Part shown: piece by piece, positions 46,805-61,800 of the stretch
How positions within the stretch are numbered: the stretch's first letter is position 1
Layout of the letters: each line of letters starts with the position of its first letter
Origin: Octopus vulgaris
Taxonomy: Eukaryota
Assembly: GCA_951406725.2 (NCBI GenBank)
Contig: OX597822.1
Coordinates: 74,772,001 to 74,836,000, forward strand
Direction: 5' to 3'
DNA: 64,000 bases
The notes under the pieces: generated by a model
What the model was told of the DNA's origin: nothing
Databases searched by the model: none
What the model saw: only the letters and a program-made list of their open reading frames with translations
Made by a program: the position numbers and the translations under genes

Positions 46805-49800
46805 CTGCAAAGAGAAGAAAAAGAAAAGGTTAAACAAGTCCTCACTCTTAACAGTAGGTTGGAAGGTGGGGTGGGAGTAGTGGACAGCTTGTTCTAGGTG
46901 GTACTTTTGGGCCTGCTTTTATAAGAGAGGGCACTTGTGGGAACTACTGCAACACATTACATTTTTTGTATGGATGGGGGAAAGGGGGAACAGCTAAACT
47001 CAAGGGCTATCCTGGGTTACCCACTAGCTACACCACAGATAATTAATTTTGAAATCGGATACCTTGTTAAGAGAATAAGGGGAAAAAAAAAGTGGCTGTG
47101 TGGTAAGTAGCATGCTTATGAACCACATGGTTCTGGGTTCAGCCCCACTGCATGGCACCTTGGGCAAGTGTCTTCTACTATAGCCTCGGTTCGACCATGA
47201 GTGGATTTGGTAGATGGAAACTGAAAGAAGCCCTTCGTATATATGTATGTGTGTGTGTTTGTCCCCCCAACATCGCTTGACAACCAATGTTGGTGTGTTT
47301 ATGTTCTGTAACTTAGCGGTTCGGCAAAAGAGACCGATAGAACAAGTACTAGGCTTACAAAGAACAAGTCCTGGGGTCGATTTGCTCGACTAAAGGTGGT
47401 GCTCCAGCATAGTCACAGTCAAATGACTGAAACAAGTAAAAGTGAAAGAGTAAGAGAGCTGCCAATCTCTTGCAAGCATCAGAGTTGATCTCAAGCTACC
47501 CTGACTTATCTCTATGTACCCTAGTGGTCCAGCCTCCTCTCTGTGTGTCTCAGGCATCAGGAATATCTTTGTATGTTAGACATCAAGGCTGATCTCAATC
47601 TACATCAGGCACTATGCCTTGTCTTTATATACCTCAGGCACCAAAATTTATTATTATATACGCCACCTATAAGCTGTAAAATGTTCTGTGTTTAGGGTTT
47701 TGGATAAAGCCCAACAGAAAGACAGACTGGTGGGAGAGGGAGAATGAAAGAGGGTGGGAGTAGGAAACAGTATCTATCATGTGCAGACAACTGCACTTAA
47801 TATCCTTTTATAAATAAATAGCTTTTATTTTTAAGTCTAAAACATTTGCATAATTTTCATTGTTTTTAAAAAATGTCAACATATTGCCCTTTCAGCAATC
47901 TGCCCTGTCTGTAAGTTGTCTGTCGACTAATTATACGTCCATCAGTATCTATACTTTGGCAAGCTGGAGAGCTGCACCAGACCCCTACTGTCTGTTTTGG
48001 CATGATTTCTATGGACAGATACCCTTCCAAATGCCAACCACTTCACACTGAGTACTGGGTGCTTTTTATGTGGTGGTAAAACTACTTGTTAGAATACAGT
48101 TCTATATTTAAGAGAGGAGGAATTATGTACATTTGACAGATATTAGTTCTCATCTTTGTTGTTAACACGTTTCGGCTGATGTACCCTCCAGCCTTCATTG
48201 AAAAATACCTTAGGAATGAGAACCCAGGTTCAAAATTTCCCCAAGACACCTGATGAAGGCTGGAGGGTATATCAGCCGAAACGTTGTGTTAATAACAAAC
48301 AAGATGAGGACAAATATCCATAAAATGTAAATAATGTACTTGTTAGAATGGCTGAATGCATGGAACACAAAACTTTTAAATGTCATCAGGGCAAGGAATG
48401 GGCAGAAATATCAGAGTGCCAGACAAAATGTCTTGAGGTAATTGTTCCAGTTCTTTACACTTCGGTTTCAAATCTTGCTATGGCTAACAGACTTTGATTC
48501 TTTTGGAACAGCTAAAATAAAAAAAGGACCAGTCAAATGCTAGGATCAACGGAGTTGGCAAACCTCTTCCATCAAATTCTTGGCTTCATGTCTCAATCAG
48601 AAACTATTGATATTGATCTCAAAGTTTGGTGCAAGGCCAGCAAGTTTGAGGAGGGGTGTAAGTAAATTACATTGACTCCAATATGCAGCTGGTACTTATT
48701 TTATTGGCCCTGAAAGGATGAAAGGCAAAGCCGACCTTGGCAGAATTTGAACTCAGAACGTAAAAATAGATGAAACACTGCTATGTATTTTACTTGCTGT
48801 TCTAACAATTCTGCTGGCTTGTTGCCTTAGAAACCATTATTTTGGATGTTTTAACAGCAGTATTCATTTTCCATCTGTGTGTGTGAGTATGTTAATTTTT
48901 GTCCCAATTTAACATACAAAGCATCAAACTACTATGTTACAAAGACCAATCAAAAATACCTGTCAAGTCACTACAAACCTACACTTGTTAATTTTACAAG
49001 TATGCTAAGAATAATAATTTGGTGTCCATCAGACCAAAAACCAGACAATGTGTCACAATCGGATGATGTGTTTATGTAATGTACTGACCTTTCTGCTAGC
49101 TGTTTGCCGCCCATCTGCTTTGGAGTCCAAGCATCGTCATCGTTTCCACTAGCCAGTTGATTGTTTGTACCCATGCCCCAAGCATATAATTTACCTGTGG
49201 AAAAAAAACAAAGGAAACTTTTCATTAGAAAAATTAAAGAGAGAGAGAGAGAGATTAAAGAGAGAGAGAGAGAGTGATGTTGGCTTTGCAATATGAATTA
49301 ATTTGAAAGACAACTGGATTGCAACAACAACATTCTACATCAAATTCATTGAAATGTGCATGCATGTGCACATATGTATATATTGATTAGTTCATTTAAT
49401 GTGTTTTCCCCCCTTCTAGCATGGGTTGTATGGGGTCTGATCTGAGGCAGCATTATTACAGCTGGGTGCTTTTCCTGCCACCAACTCTTAAGTGTCTTTC
49501 AAGTAAGTGATTTTTAAAATCAAATTCCATTGATCTTACACAATGAGATGATTAGGTGCAGTTGTTTGGACAGTGACCGTTTCACACAGTTGGCTGGACA
49601 TTTAGCCAGTTTTGGGAACTACTTATTGGCACAGAACAGAAGCATACAAACACATGCAGAGAAATATATTGAGAGAAAGGAGAGGGGATATATATATATT
49701 CTTTTATTTGTTTCAGTCATTTGACTGCAGGAGCACCACTCTTAGTCAAGCAAATCAACCCCAGGACTTATTCTTTGTAAGCTTAGTACTTCTTCTATCG

Positions 49801-52800
49801 GTCTCTTTTGCTGAACTACTAAATTATGGACACACACACACACACACGAAGGGCTTCTTTCAGTTTCTGTCTTCCAAATCCACTGACAAGGCTTTGGTCG
49901 GCCCCAGACTGTAGTAGAAGACACTTGCCCAAGGTGCCACGTAGTGGGACTGAACCTGGGACCATGTGGTTGGTAAGCAAGCTACTTACCACACAGCCAC
50001 TCCTGCACCTATTTATATATATGTTATAATTTAGAACAAACAGCAAAAGGCTGTCATTATAGTACTCGGAGTTTCAAATGTCGGAGCGAAGAGCTACGAT
50101 ACATTCTCATTAGCTATTAATGACAACAAACGTTATGAAAAAAAAAATCGATAAGGGAAGTAACTCTTATATGTGGACAAATATACAAAAAATACAGGCA
50201 ACTATATTCTCACAATACATAAGCATAATACCTCCTGCGTTTACACTGTCTACATACGTATACACTCACACTAATATGTATATGCAAATACACACACAAC
50301 CTTTTACAGTTTGTTCTAAATTATAATTACGGGGATGTACTTGCATAGCAAGTCACCTGATCTGAGATCGTGTGCTGGAACAAAAACAATTGTGGTATGG
50401 AGGGTGTTTATAAGCCATTTAAGAAACACAAAAACCGTTAGATTCACTTTGTGCTGAGATGCAGCATGGAATTTTGTCAGTGAACAGGTCGCAGTCTTAA
50501 AGCGACGAAAATATTTTGGCAAATGAATATTTAAATGTTGAAGTGAATCCAATCACAGCATGGGTTGGACAGTTTGACAGGAACTGTCAAGTCAGAAAAC
50601 TGCACCAAGCTCTGCTATCTGCTTTGGCATGTCTTTCATGCCTGGATGCCCTTCCTAACACCAACCACTGGTTGATTTTTATGTGGCACCAACAATAGTG
50701 AGGTTGCCAAATAACTTGCAAGACAAAAACCCTCAACTGGTGCAGGGGGAGATGGAGAAGAGGGATTATTGGTGTCTTTGCATTACTGTGTGTGCATGTG
50801 TGTGTGAGATCATGTTTGTCCCCCACCCTCAGTGTCACCACTCCTGTAACTTAGCAGTTTGACACAAGCCATCAGAACAAATACCAGATTTAAAAATAAG
50901 TCAATTTGTTTGACTGAATCCTTTAAGGTGGTGCCCCAGCATGGCCGCAGTCCAATGACTGACAAGTAAAAAAAAAAAAAAATAAGAGGCAGTAAGAGAA
51001 GATATTGCTAAGGGTCAACATACCATCTGATGTAATTCCATAGGAAACAGAACCAGCAGCTGAAATCTTGATAACTTTATCTTTCAATGCCTCAACACGA
51101 GTGGGCTGATTTGCCAGAGTGACAGCCTCTCCTAAACCAAGACGTCCATAATCCCCACGCCCCAAAACATACACTTTACCTGGAATTAGAACAAAGGTAA
51201 ACAAGAGTTAGGCACTTTGACTGACACAAATACACAGTTTAGGAAAGGTTGTACAGGGTGAGACAGAGAAGAAATAAAACGAAAATAATAATGAGATTGA
51301 AAAGAAAATGTTGTATGAAGCTTTGATGTTTATATTTTTGCTAATAACAATGTCCACCATTATACTTTAAAATCTCTCATCACCCGGCACAAAGCCATTT
51401 CCCTCAATACTACACTTCACTCACCTGAAGTGTCATGTCTTGTCAATTAGTCAGTGACCTCACTAGTGCCAATGCCATGTAAAAAAGTACTCACTATACT
51501 CTATGAAGTGGTCGACATTAGGAAGGGCAGCCAGCAGTAGAAACCAAATCAAAGCAGACATTGGAGCTTGATGCAGTCCTCTGGCTTATTGGCTCCTGTC
51601 AAACAATTCAAGCCATGCCTTCCTTCACAATAACAATGAAAATAAAACTAGTCATCATCATCATTTAATGTCTGTTTTCCATGCTGGCATAGGTTGGATG
51701 GTCTGACAGGGGCTAGCTATGCAGACGACTGTACTAGGTTTCACTGTCCGTTTTGGGATGGTTTTTACAGCTGGATGCCCTTCCAAAACCCAACCACCTT
51801 ACAGAGTGGACTCTTTGGTGAAAATTTTAATTATACACTACAGAGGCTGGAGTAGTAAAATTACATCTGACTTACCATCACTGCTAAGCGCTACTGTATG
51901 ATGCATGCCACCTCCTATATCCAACCAAGTTTGGTCGCTAAAACTGAGGACTTTTTGTGGAACGAATCTGTCTTCCAAATCACTGAAACCTACAAAGGCA
52001 AAGAAGAAAACCAAAAATGAATTCAGAAGCATTTTAACAAGAACAACCAAACATCAACAAAAGATAGTTACGTCTGTCAAAGCACACAAGAGTATTTACC
52101 ACAAGTTCGAAACTTGTAATGGATGGATATATATATGGCCTAGTGATTAGAGTAGGAGTTGGCAAACCGGGGTAAATTACCTCCAACTGGGGGTAAAAAT
52201 GAAATTCTTGGGGCTAATCGGATTCATTAGACATGAATAAAATTATATAAAAAGATTTTTTTCTTCTGGCAACACTGCATCTGTCCAATGTAATGGATGA
52301 GTTTAGGAGATGTCACATCATTTTGAACTACAAGCAGTTTGGTTGCAAAGGCATTGTCAACATCGTTTCTTCAAAACCTAAAGAGAAAAGGTTTCTAGAA
52401 AAATCCTTTTGTTTCACAATGAGGATATTAATTTATTTTATAGCATATGTGTTATACTTTTTATATTCATAATTGTATTCTCCATATAAACAGATTTAAT
52501 AAACCTCTTGAATTCAAAGAATCTAGGATTTTCTTCCTTTCAAATCAAGGAAGTAACGTTAGCATAAATAAATATATTTTAGGGTAATTGGTTAAAAAAA
52601 CGTTCCCTGATCCCTGGATTAGGTGTTGCACTCACGATTTGCTAAATTGTGTGATTCCGGGACTAAGCAGCGTGTTGTATTCTTGATCAAAACACTTCAT
52701 TTTATCTTGCTCCAGTACACCCAGTTGTAAATGGGTAACCCGGCAATGGACCAGCTTCTGATCAGGGGAAATGTGGGTATCATTGTGACCAGTGATGTAT

Positions 52801-55800
52801 GTATATATATAAAATCATCACCATTTAACACCTGTTGTACATGCTGACATGGGTTGGACAGTTTGACCAGGGATGGCAAGCTGGAAGGCTGCACTAGACT
52901 CCAGTCTGATCTGGCATGGTTTTGTATAGTTGGACACCCTTCCTAACACCAACCACTCTGAGAGTGTAATGGGCGCTTTTACGTGCAATTTGCATGACAC
53001 CGGTATCTGTCACGACTGCGATTTTGCTTAGCTTGATGAGTTTTTTTCTCAAGCACAACATCATGCCAAAGGCCTTGGTCATTGCCTCTGTGAGGCCCAA
53101 CACTCGGAATATATATAGTTAATTCAAAGAAAAAAAAACATATGTGAGGACATGCACAAACAATATATTTGATACTCAGTGAAAGGAGAGAGAGTTGTTA
53201 ATGTTTCAAGCACATAGCTCTTTGTTAGAAAGAGGAAAATCCAAGGAGAAAGAAGGAAGAATCAGCAATAACCCATGTGTGGTTACATATATATATATAT
53301 ATATGATACCTGGAGTTTGATTTTGAGCAATGCCATTGTTTGATTGTTGCTTTGAAGGAATACAGATGTGGCTTTTCAAGCACCTCTTGCAACAGGTGTT
53401 TTGGAGAGTTACCTCCACCCATGCTGACAAATGCCTTCATTCCATCATGGAATTTTTTACTGAGCGTTTTATCTTATTTTGGCCTCTACCAGTTATAGAA
53501 TGCACCACATAATAGACCTATCAGAAATCAAGCACTGTCAGTGCCTGAAACTTTTTAAATTTCAGGAAGGCCTTGCACAAAGCCGATTCCACTCTCTAAA
53601 CCAACGTATGCATTAGTCCATTTCCTTCTAGAAGAATGTCTAAACAAGACTTAAACACACACCCTACACAGTCAGGCACATTTCTCTTAATATCATTCAG
53701 TAGAGCTTATGATAGCTATCACTTCCTACTTCACAAGTGGATGAGAAAGCAGTCATTAAGAATATGAAATGTTCAATTGTACCAAATACCACACCTCAGC
53801 CAACCTTTAATCATTTAGCATTTCAATGACTCCAGCACTTTTTAAAGCCCTGTACTTGTTCTATTGGTCGCTTTTGCCAAACTACTAAGTTATGGGGATG
53901 TAAACACACCAACACCCGTTGTCAAGTGGTGGTGGTCACCGACACAGATGGGCTTCTTTCAGTTTCCATGAATCAAATCCTCTCACAAGGTTCTGGTCAG
54001 CCCGAGGTGTTGCGCAATGGAATTGAATTGGGAATCATATGGTTGGAAAGAAATTTCTCATCAAACAGCCAAGTCTGTGCTTAGCGATTTTTTTTTGTTT
54101 TGTTAAAAACCAGGTTAATCTTAGCTAATATGTAATTTGGTTTCTACTCCTTAGAATGACTCAGTTGTATAGTCTCCTCCACTCAAATCCATTTGACACA
54201 TTCCTCTCATCACCCTGACCCCCAACATTCTCCAGCACGCACTTCTACCTTAACCTTGTTCTCCCAGCAGCTGATGAAGGTGAACATAAACCACATCAAT
54301 CTCCCATGTCATAAAAATCCTTTTGTTCAGGTTTCCATGATGATTTTTAAAAACTATATTTGTAGATTTCTTAAGAGATAACATGATGTTGAATACCATT
54401 AACAAAGCAATACAAGGGAAATTACTCCAATCAGAAAATTATGAATTTGATTTGGCTGAAAGTTTACCACAAAAGTACCAAAAAAATTCAAAAATTCCAC
54501 ATAAAAGCAAGTAAATTAACTTCAGTGATGTTATATCACTGAAATCAAAGATCAGAGGCTGAATTAGAAATACATAAAAATAACAATAATCAGTACTTAC
54601 CAAGCTGATCATAATTATTTAAACCCCAACTGTATATATGTCCAGTTTGTTTTTCCTCAGCAAATGTGGCATACTGAATTGCCCAAATATCAGAGAATTT
54701 GGGCTGAACCTTGGTGGATGCTCTGAAACGGACTACTTGTGGTGATAAAATCAATTCTACAACAAAGAAATAATAAATAAAAAGATGAAACATGAACTCA
54801 GTCTAGAAATCAGCTGATAAAAAATACATTTTAGAAATGAGGCTAGTTAAGAGATGAGTAATTATGCACATTATTTACATTTGACGGATATTTGTCCTCA
54901 TCTTGTTTGTTGTTAACACAACGTTTCGGCTGATATACTCTCCAGCCTTCATCAGGTGTCTTGGAGAAATTTTGAACCTGGGTTCTCATTCCTAAGGTAT
55001 CTTTCAATGTTATTATTATTATTATTTATTCAGATCACTGCCTGGAATAGAACTCAGAATCTTGGGGTTAGTAGCCCGTGCTCTTAACCACTACGCCATA
55101 TTGCCTGTAGTGGTTAAGAGCACGGCTACTAACCCCAAGATTACAAGTTCAATTCCTGGCAGTGACCTGAATAATAATAATAATAATAATAACATAGAAA
55201 ATACCTTAGGAATGAGAACCCAGGTTCGAAATTTCCCCAAGACACCTGATGAAGGCTGGAGGGTATATCAGCTGAAATGTTGTGTTAACAACAAACAAGA
55301 TGAGGACAAATATCCGTCAAATGTAAATAATGTAGTTTAATTCTTTCAAGCTGGGTGGTACAAATAAGGTACCACTTATTTGTATCAGTTTAATGAGCGG
55401 TGGAACATAATTCATACGGAAACTTATAATTCTTTTGGCCCTATGGTCAGTAGCTCAGAAAACGTACCACTTCATCTATCAGCCAATCAGAAGCTACCCT
55501 TACATCTGGCAACAATTTCTGTGACACAAGCGGAATATTTTTTCACTTGAATCCATTTTGTGCCAAAGGTCAGTCGATGAAAAAACAAGAGTACAAATTT
55601 TTGCCCTTCTTGAGTTTTTTTTTCGGCCTATCCCTCTCACCCTTGAAAAACTTAAAAGTCAAAGAATAATGGCTAAATCTTGATTACAAAATACAAATAA
55701 TAAGCATTTTGTTTAAATAAGATAAAACTATGTTAAGATATGAGCCAGTAGATCATGTGTTTAGCATAGGTTTAGTAGGGAAAATAAGATGGAACAGGAC

Positions 55801-58800
55801 ATGTGTTGATATATACGAGATTTTAAAACTCATTGTCACCATTTACCATTTAAACCAGTCATATCCAGTTTCTCACTTCAACCCTATGACATTCTTAAAA
55901 TAAACTATACTGTCAAATGCACAGCGAAAATGAGGTAGACCAAGGGACAAGTGGAGGAGATTGGGAGGGTTGGCTTGAGAAGGGAGGATGCCCAAAACCA
56001 GGCAAGATGGCGAGATGGTGTAGGGGCAGTTACTATGGCCTTGAGGTAGATCCCGTCACCCCTGTTAGGGACAAAACCTGGATTCAAAATAATGGGTGAC
56101 AATGATGATGATGATGATGTCACCCTTGTAGTTTTGAGGTAATATGAGATAAAGCCACTCTGGTCTCAACAGGATTATAATGACTGGCTTGCCAGTTCCT
56201 GTCAAACCATCCAATCCATGCCAGTGGAGAAAATGGACGCTAATTGAAAGATAAATTGGATGGAACAGAATAAAATTTAAACAAGAAATCAAGCCGTTAC
56301 CTAAGCCTTTTCTTCCACCACGACTGGAAAATTGTTTGGCAATTCTGCCAAGTTGTCCCTGTTCTCCACAGCCTGAAAGTAAACAATATAATTAACAAAA
56401 TTCTTACACTTGTCATTGATATTAAGCCATAGGTGAATTCCATTTCAGCAAACCCATGATTAAAAGCTTCTTAAAACCAACTCATCATATAATTCAGACA
56501 ATATGAATCTAAGATTATATTAGCTTTTATTTTTAACTTTCTTTTACTGTTAAGTTATGGGGATGTAAACAAACAAACACCAGTTGTCAAACATAAACGC
56601 ATGTATACATATACACCATGCTTCCACAGTTTCTGGTTACTGAATCCACTCACAAGGAATTGGTTCATCCATGACAATAGTGTTAGAAACACTCAGCCAA
56701 GGTGCTGCACAGTGAGACTGGTTGCAAAACAAGCTTCTTGACAACACAACCATGCCTGCACTTTTTCATCTTTTTCTTTTTTTCAAATTAATCCTAGTAC
56801 CAAGTACTTATTCAATCAGTTCATTTTTCGTTTTAACCCTTTAGCATTTAGATTACTCTGTCAAATGAAGTGCTTATTTATTAATATTGTTTTGAATTAA
56901 TCATACATTATCTCATAGCTTTGAAATTTTGATGATGTGGTTGTATACTTTTAGAATGACACTGTAGAATAGGTGTGAGAGGTTAGATCTGGCCATCATC
57001 ATCATCGTTTAACGTCCGTTCTCCATGCTAGCATGGGTTGGACAGTTCGACAGGGGATCTGGGAAGCCAGAAGGCTGCACCAGGCTCCAGTCTGATCTGG
57101 CAGTGTTTCTACAGCTGGATGCTCTTCCTAACGCCAGTATGAACATAAAACAGGCAAAATATGGTGGTGGGGGTAGAGATGGTTTAAATGCAAAAAGGTT
57201 AAACCAAACTATTAAAGTTAAAAGGCTATAAACTAAATAAAACTGATTGTCAAGTGGTGACACAATTAGAACAGGCTTCTGCACTTTTCCAATTCACTAG
57301 GAGGGAGCACTTCCCTTTCCAAGTTGAACTTAAGTCAATGAGGGCTTAACTGAAGAAGGTGCCGTTAACTTTTTTTCAACATCTTTCACCATAGCCACCA
57401 GACAGGACCACTATCTGCCCTGCTTTGTTAAAGGTGGGTGCTGGGGTGATCCTCACAAAGGCTTCGACCAACAGTTGGAGTCATCCTCGGACACTGCATA
57501 AGTGTGTGCAGTATGGTTCCATTGCCTAGCACGCATCTCAGGTAGTTTACCCGACAGCACTTCTGTGCCTGTAGAGTTTACATTGAAATGGCAGTGCCCC
57601 ACAGCAGCATTGCTAGGTTAGGGATCTATGGAAGTTATCCTTACTAGTTCCTGTTTTGAAAATTCTCAAGACACAGAACAGCCAATTCTTCCTTGTTGAT
57701 GCCTAGAGTTTTCCTGAGAATATCATTGCTGTTCACCTCCATGACATTTCTATGTATATGTTGCTAAAGTTGAACTTCCACCAACTGCATTGCATGAGTG
57801 ATAGAGGGCAGTGAGCCTCAAGGCCAGCAACATTATAGGCAATGGGCAAGTCGATTTCATTCATACCAGTATTTGGCTAGAACTTAATATTATCAAGCTC
57901 AAAAAGACAAAAGCTCAGAATGTAAAATAATATTCTTACCAGCAGTATAAATTCTACCATCTAGAGTTAACAAAACCAAATGATCTCCTCCACTTGCTAT
58001 TTTCACAAATATTTCTGATGGCACATATTCCATTGGTTCTTTCACAGCGCCCTCTGTCGTGAGGCCAAGTGAACCATTTCCGTCCTACAAAGAGAATAAC
58101 AAAGTAGAAAACTTTTCAAGAACAATGTTTCAATAAAGAGGAATCAAAAGAAGAACCAGACAAAAACAGAGAGGAAGATGGTTCTTAAAATCACAGGGGG
58201 GAGCTTTTTTCTTTTCCTACCTTGCGAGTTGCTTGGTGACTTCACTAAAGTGGGGTCAGCAGGTATATTCTCTGAAGTGGTTGGCATCCAGCCATAAAAA
58301 CCACGCCAAAGCTGATATTGGAGCTAAATGCAGCCTTGCAGCTAATGAGATCTTGTCAAATTGCCCAAAACATGCTAGCATGGAAAATGGATGTTAAATG
58401 ATTAGGTTTAATCAGAATTAATTGGTTGCTAAAGACTTAACTCTTTCACTGGTTTTAGTCACTGAACTATAGCCATGCTGGAGCACTGCCTTGAAAAGTT
58501 AGTTTACAAATCAATCCCCAGTAAATATTATAGCAGTCACTTTGCCAAAACACTATGTAAAGAGGATGTAAAGAAACCAACACTAGTTGTGAAAAGGGGA
58601 CACAAACACACATGAAGGGCATCTCACCATTTCCAAATTCACTCCGAAAGCATTGGTCAGTCTGGGACTATAATAGAAGACACTACTTGCCTAAGGTGCT
58701 GCACAGTGGGACTGAACCCAAAACCATACCATATGGTTGTAAAGTGAACTCCTTAACCATATGGCTATTAAATAAAATTTATCTGCATCATAAAATGAAA

Positions 58801-61800
58801 GCTCTGGCAATTGTTATCAAAATTTTCTAATAAACGGTATAGGCACAGACAAGGCCGTGTGGTTTAGAAGTTTGCTTTCTGGTTTCAGGGTCAATCCCAG
58901 AGCCTGGTACCTTGTATAAGTGTCTTTTACTAAAACCCTGGGCCAACCAATGCCATTCAATATATGTATGAGGAGATGCTGAAAAGTTCCTGGCTTTGGG
59001 TAAAAGAAAATACAGGAGGACCAATTAATTATGATCTTATTTACTATATTTCCCTCATGGATTCACACACTTATTGCAGTGATCCTTCAGTTTTTCTAAG
59101 CCTTGTAAAAGAACTTGGAAGGTTGGGCCTCCAACCAGGCCTTTCGCAATACCCTTAAAGCCAGGAACTTTTCAGTACCCACTTCTATGCATGTGTCTCC
59201 TTGTCTTGACATCATGTAACTGACAAGACAACACTCGCCTTGAATAGGATGTTGGTCTCTTGCAGGGTTAAAGGCGAGTGATTTAAGTGGGAAGGAGTTA
59301 GTCGATTACGTTGGACCCTTGTATCTGGGTGGTACTTGATTTTATCGACCCCCAATGGCATGAAATGTAAAGTAAACCTCAGTAGGATTTTGGGCCTCAA
59401 GGAGACAATGACCGAGACCTTTGGCATTATAGTATTCTTGAGAAGAAGGCCCATCAAGCTGAGCAAAACTGCAGTTGTGGCAGATACTGGTATCAGACAA
59501 ATTGACACCCATGCAGGGGGCACATAAAAAGCACCCTGGTGCTGTGCCGGTGAAAACCATGCCAAATCAGACTGGACTCTGGTGCAGCTTTCCAGTTTAT
59601 CAGTTTAGGTTAAACTGTCCAACCCATGCCAGCATGGACTACGGATGTATGATGACGATGAGAATTGGAAGAAGTGCTGCAAAGCATTTCATTTGACATG
59701 CTAACAATAATGATTGTTTGCTGCCAGTGGAAGTCCAGAGTAGGGGTCAGCAGGTGGGAAAAAGCATACAGACTACTCACCCTGAAGTTACCCCACACAA
59801 AAACCTTGCCATCTTCAAACAAAGCTGCAGAGTGACTATCTCCTGCTGATACTTGCACCACTTTCCCAGGTAACTCAACAAGCTGCGGTGTAGTTTCTGA
59901 GCCTTCTTCTGTTGTATCACGTCCTAAAGCGCCTTCATCATTGCAACCAAATGAATATACCTGAAAGGAGAAGACAAAGAAAGTAAATTACAATCAAATA
60001 AAATAACAACATCTCTATATCTAATAATGGTTTCAAATTCTGACACAAAGCCAGCAATTTCCAAGAGAGTGGGTATGCCAGTCACATCAATTCCCTGTGT
60101 TCAACTGGTACTAATTTTATCAATCCATAAATGATGAAGGGCAAAGTCGACTTCAACAGAATTTGAACTCAGCACTTAAAGGGAGACAAAATACCGCTAA
60201 GCATACTGCTTGGCGTGTACATGATTCTACCAGCTCATTGCCTTATATCTCTGTTGAATAAAAGCCAATATAATGGTTGGTTGGTTGGGTGATTCCTCCA
60301 GTCATGCTTCACATTGTATAGAAAGAGAGGAAGAGAAAGAGTTAACATAAGTTAAACTCATTAACCCTTTCGTTACCGTAATTATTTTGAGATGCTCTGT
60401 TTCTTTCAATTAATTTTAACCCTTTTGTTACCACATTTCTGTTGAGACGCTGTCTTTCTTTCAATTAATTTTAAATATAACAAAGAATTTAGTAAAATAA
60501 CTTAGTTATCATTAAGCTAGTGTTAGGCACTTAAATTGTGACTAAGGTTTGGTGGAAGATTTTAATTCAGAACTTTTGGAAACAAGACATTTGTACTCAG
60601 AACCAGAGGCGGTTTCAGGCAGTTTAGGTATCAAAAGGGTTAAATATAACAAAGAATTTAGTAAAATAACTTAGTTATCATTAAACTAAGTGTTAGGAAC
60701 ATAAATCGTGACTAAGGTTTGGTGGAAGATTTTAATTCGAAACTTTTGAAAGCAAGACATTTATACTATAGAGCCAGGAGAAGTTTCAGTCGGGTTGGTA
60801 TTGAAAGGGTTAAAGTCCACAGTGGAACATTGAAATTAACAATAAGTGGTAGGGGGATGGTAAAAATGATAAACGTTATGTAGTACCTGACAGGTGCCAA
60901 TTACATGACTCATGCTTTCACATTAACATAACTTAAGTTTAACCCTTTCAATACCAACCCAGCTGAAACTGGCTCTGTTGAGGGCATCTCAACAGAAATA
61001 CGGTAACAAAAGTAGAAAGATAAATATGACAAACGGCTGCTAAGAGGAAGTAAAGAAGCAAGGTTTACATAGCCACACACACAATATATCAATAAAATGA
61101 TGACGATGATGTAGCCTATCATATATATGTATTTGTGTGTGCCTTAGTGTTTGTCTCCAACCCCACTGCTTGAGGAGTGGTGTTGGTTTGTTAGGGCTAA
61201 TGCAGTTTTGCACCTCTCCTTGAAAAATGAACTTTTTCAAAAATATATTTCCAGATTCCTACATTTTAGATGTCGGAGATTATGAATATGCAGACCCCCC
61301 CACCCAATTTAAAATCTTGAACTTTTCCTGAATTTTTTTAAAAATCACCTTTTCCAAATTTAAAATGCCCACCTCAATTGCCCTCTCTCCGAAATTTTAC
61401 ATTTTTCAAATTTCACCCCGCCTCTCTGACATCTAAAGCGTAGGAATGCAGAAAAATTTTTTCGAGGAGAGGTGTGAAACTGCATTAGCCCTGGTTTATT
61501 TATGTCCTCCTAACATGGTTGTTTGGCAAAAGAGATCAATGGAATAAGTACCAGACTTCAGGTAAAAGACAAAAGATAAACTCTGTTCAATGCCAGTGCT
61601 TTGCATAAACTATTTGTGTGCAATTCTTTCAAGTCAAAGATCTGATAAGAAACAATCATCACCTTTCCCGATACAGTAAGGCATATAGTGTGCATACCTC
61701 CAGCACACACCTGGATCACAGCTTCTGGAAGCTCAACCAACGCTGGCCGGCTCTTCTCCATTATGTCAGGTCCAAGACCTAACTGACCGACATCACCACT

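Noticed and set aside
55098-55170. tRNA-like sequences (also at 18965, 35636, 63908)
   Set aside because: The acceptor stem is incomplete and each continues into a repeated SINE body; these are SINE heads, not tRNA genes
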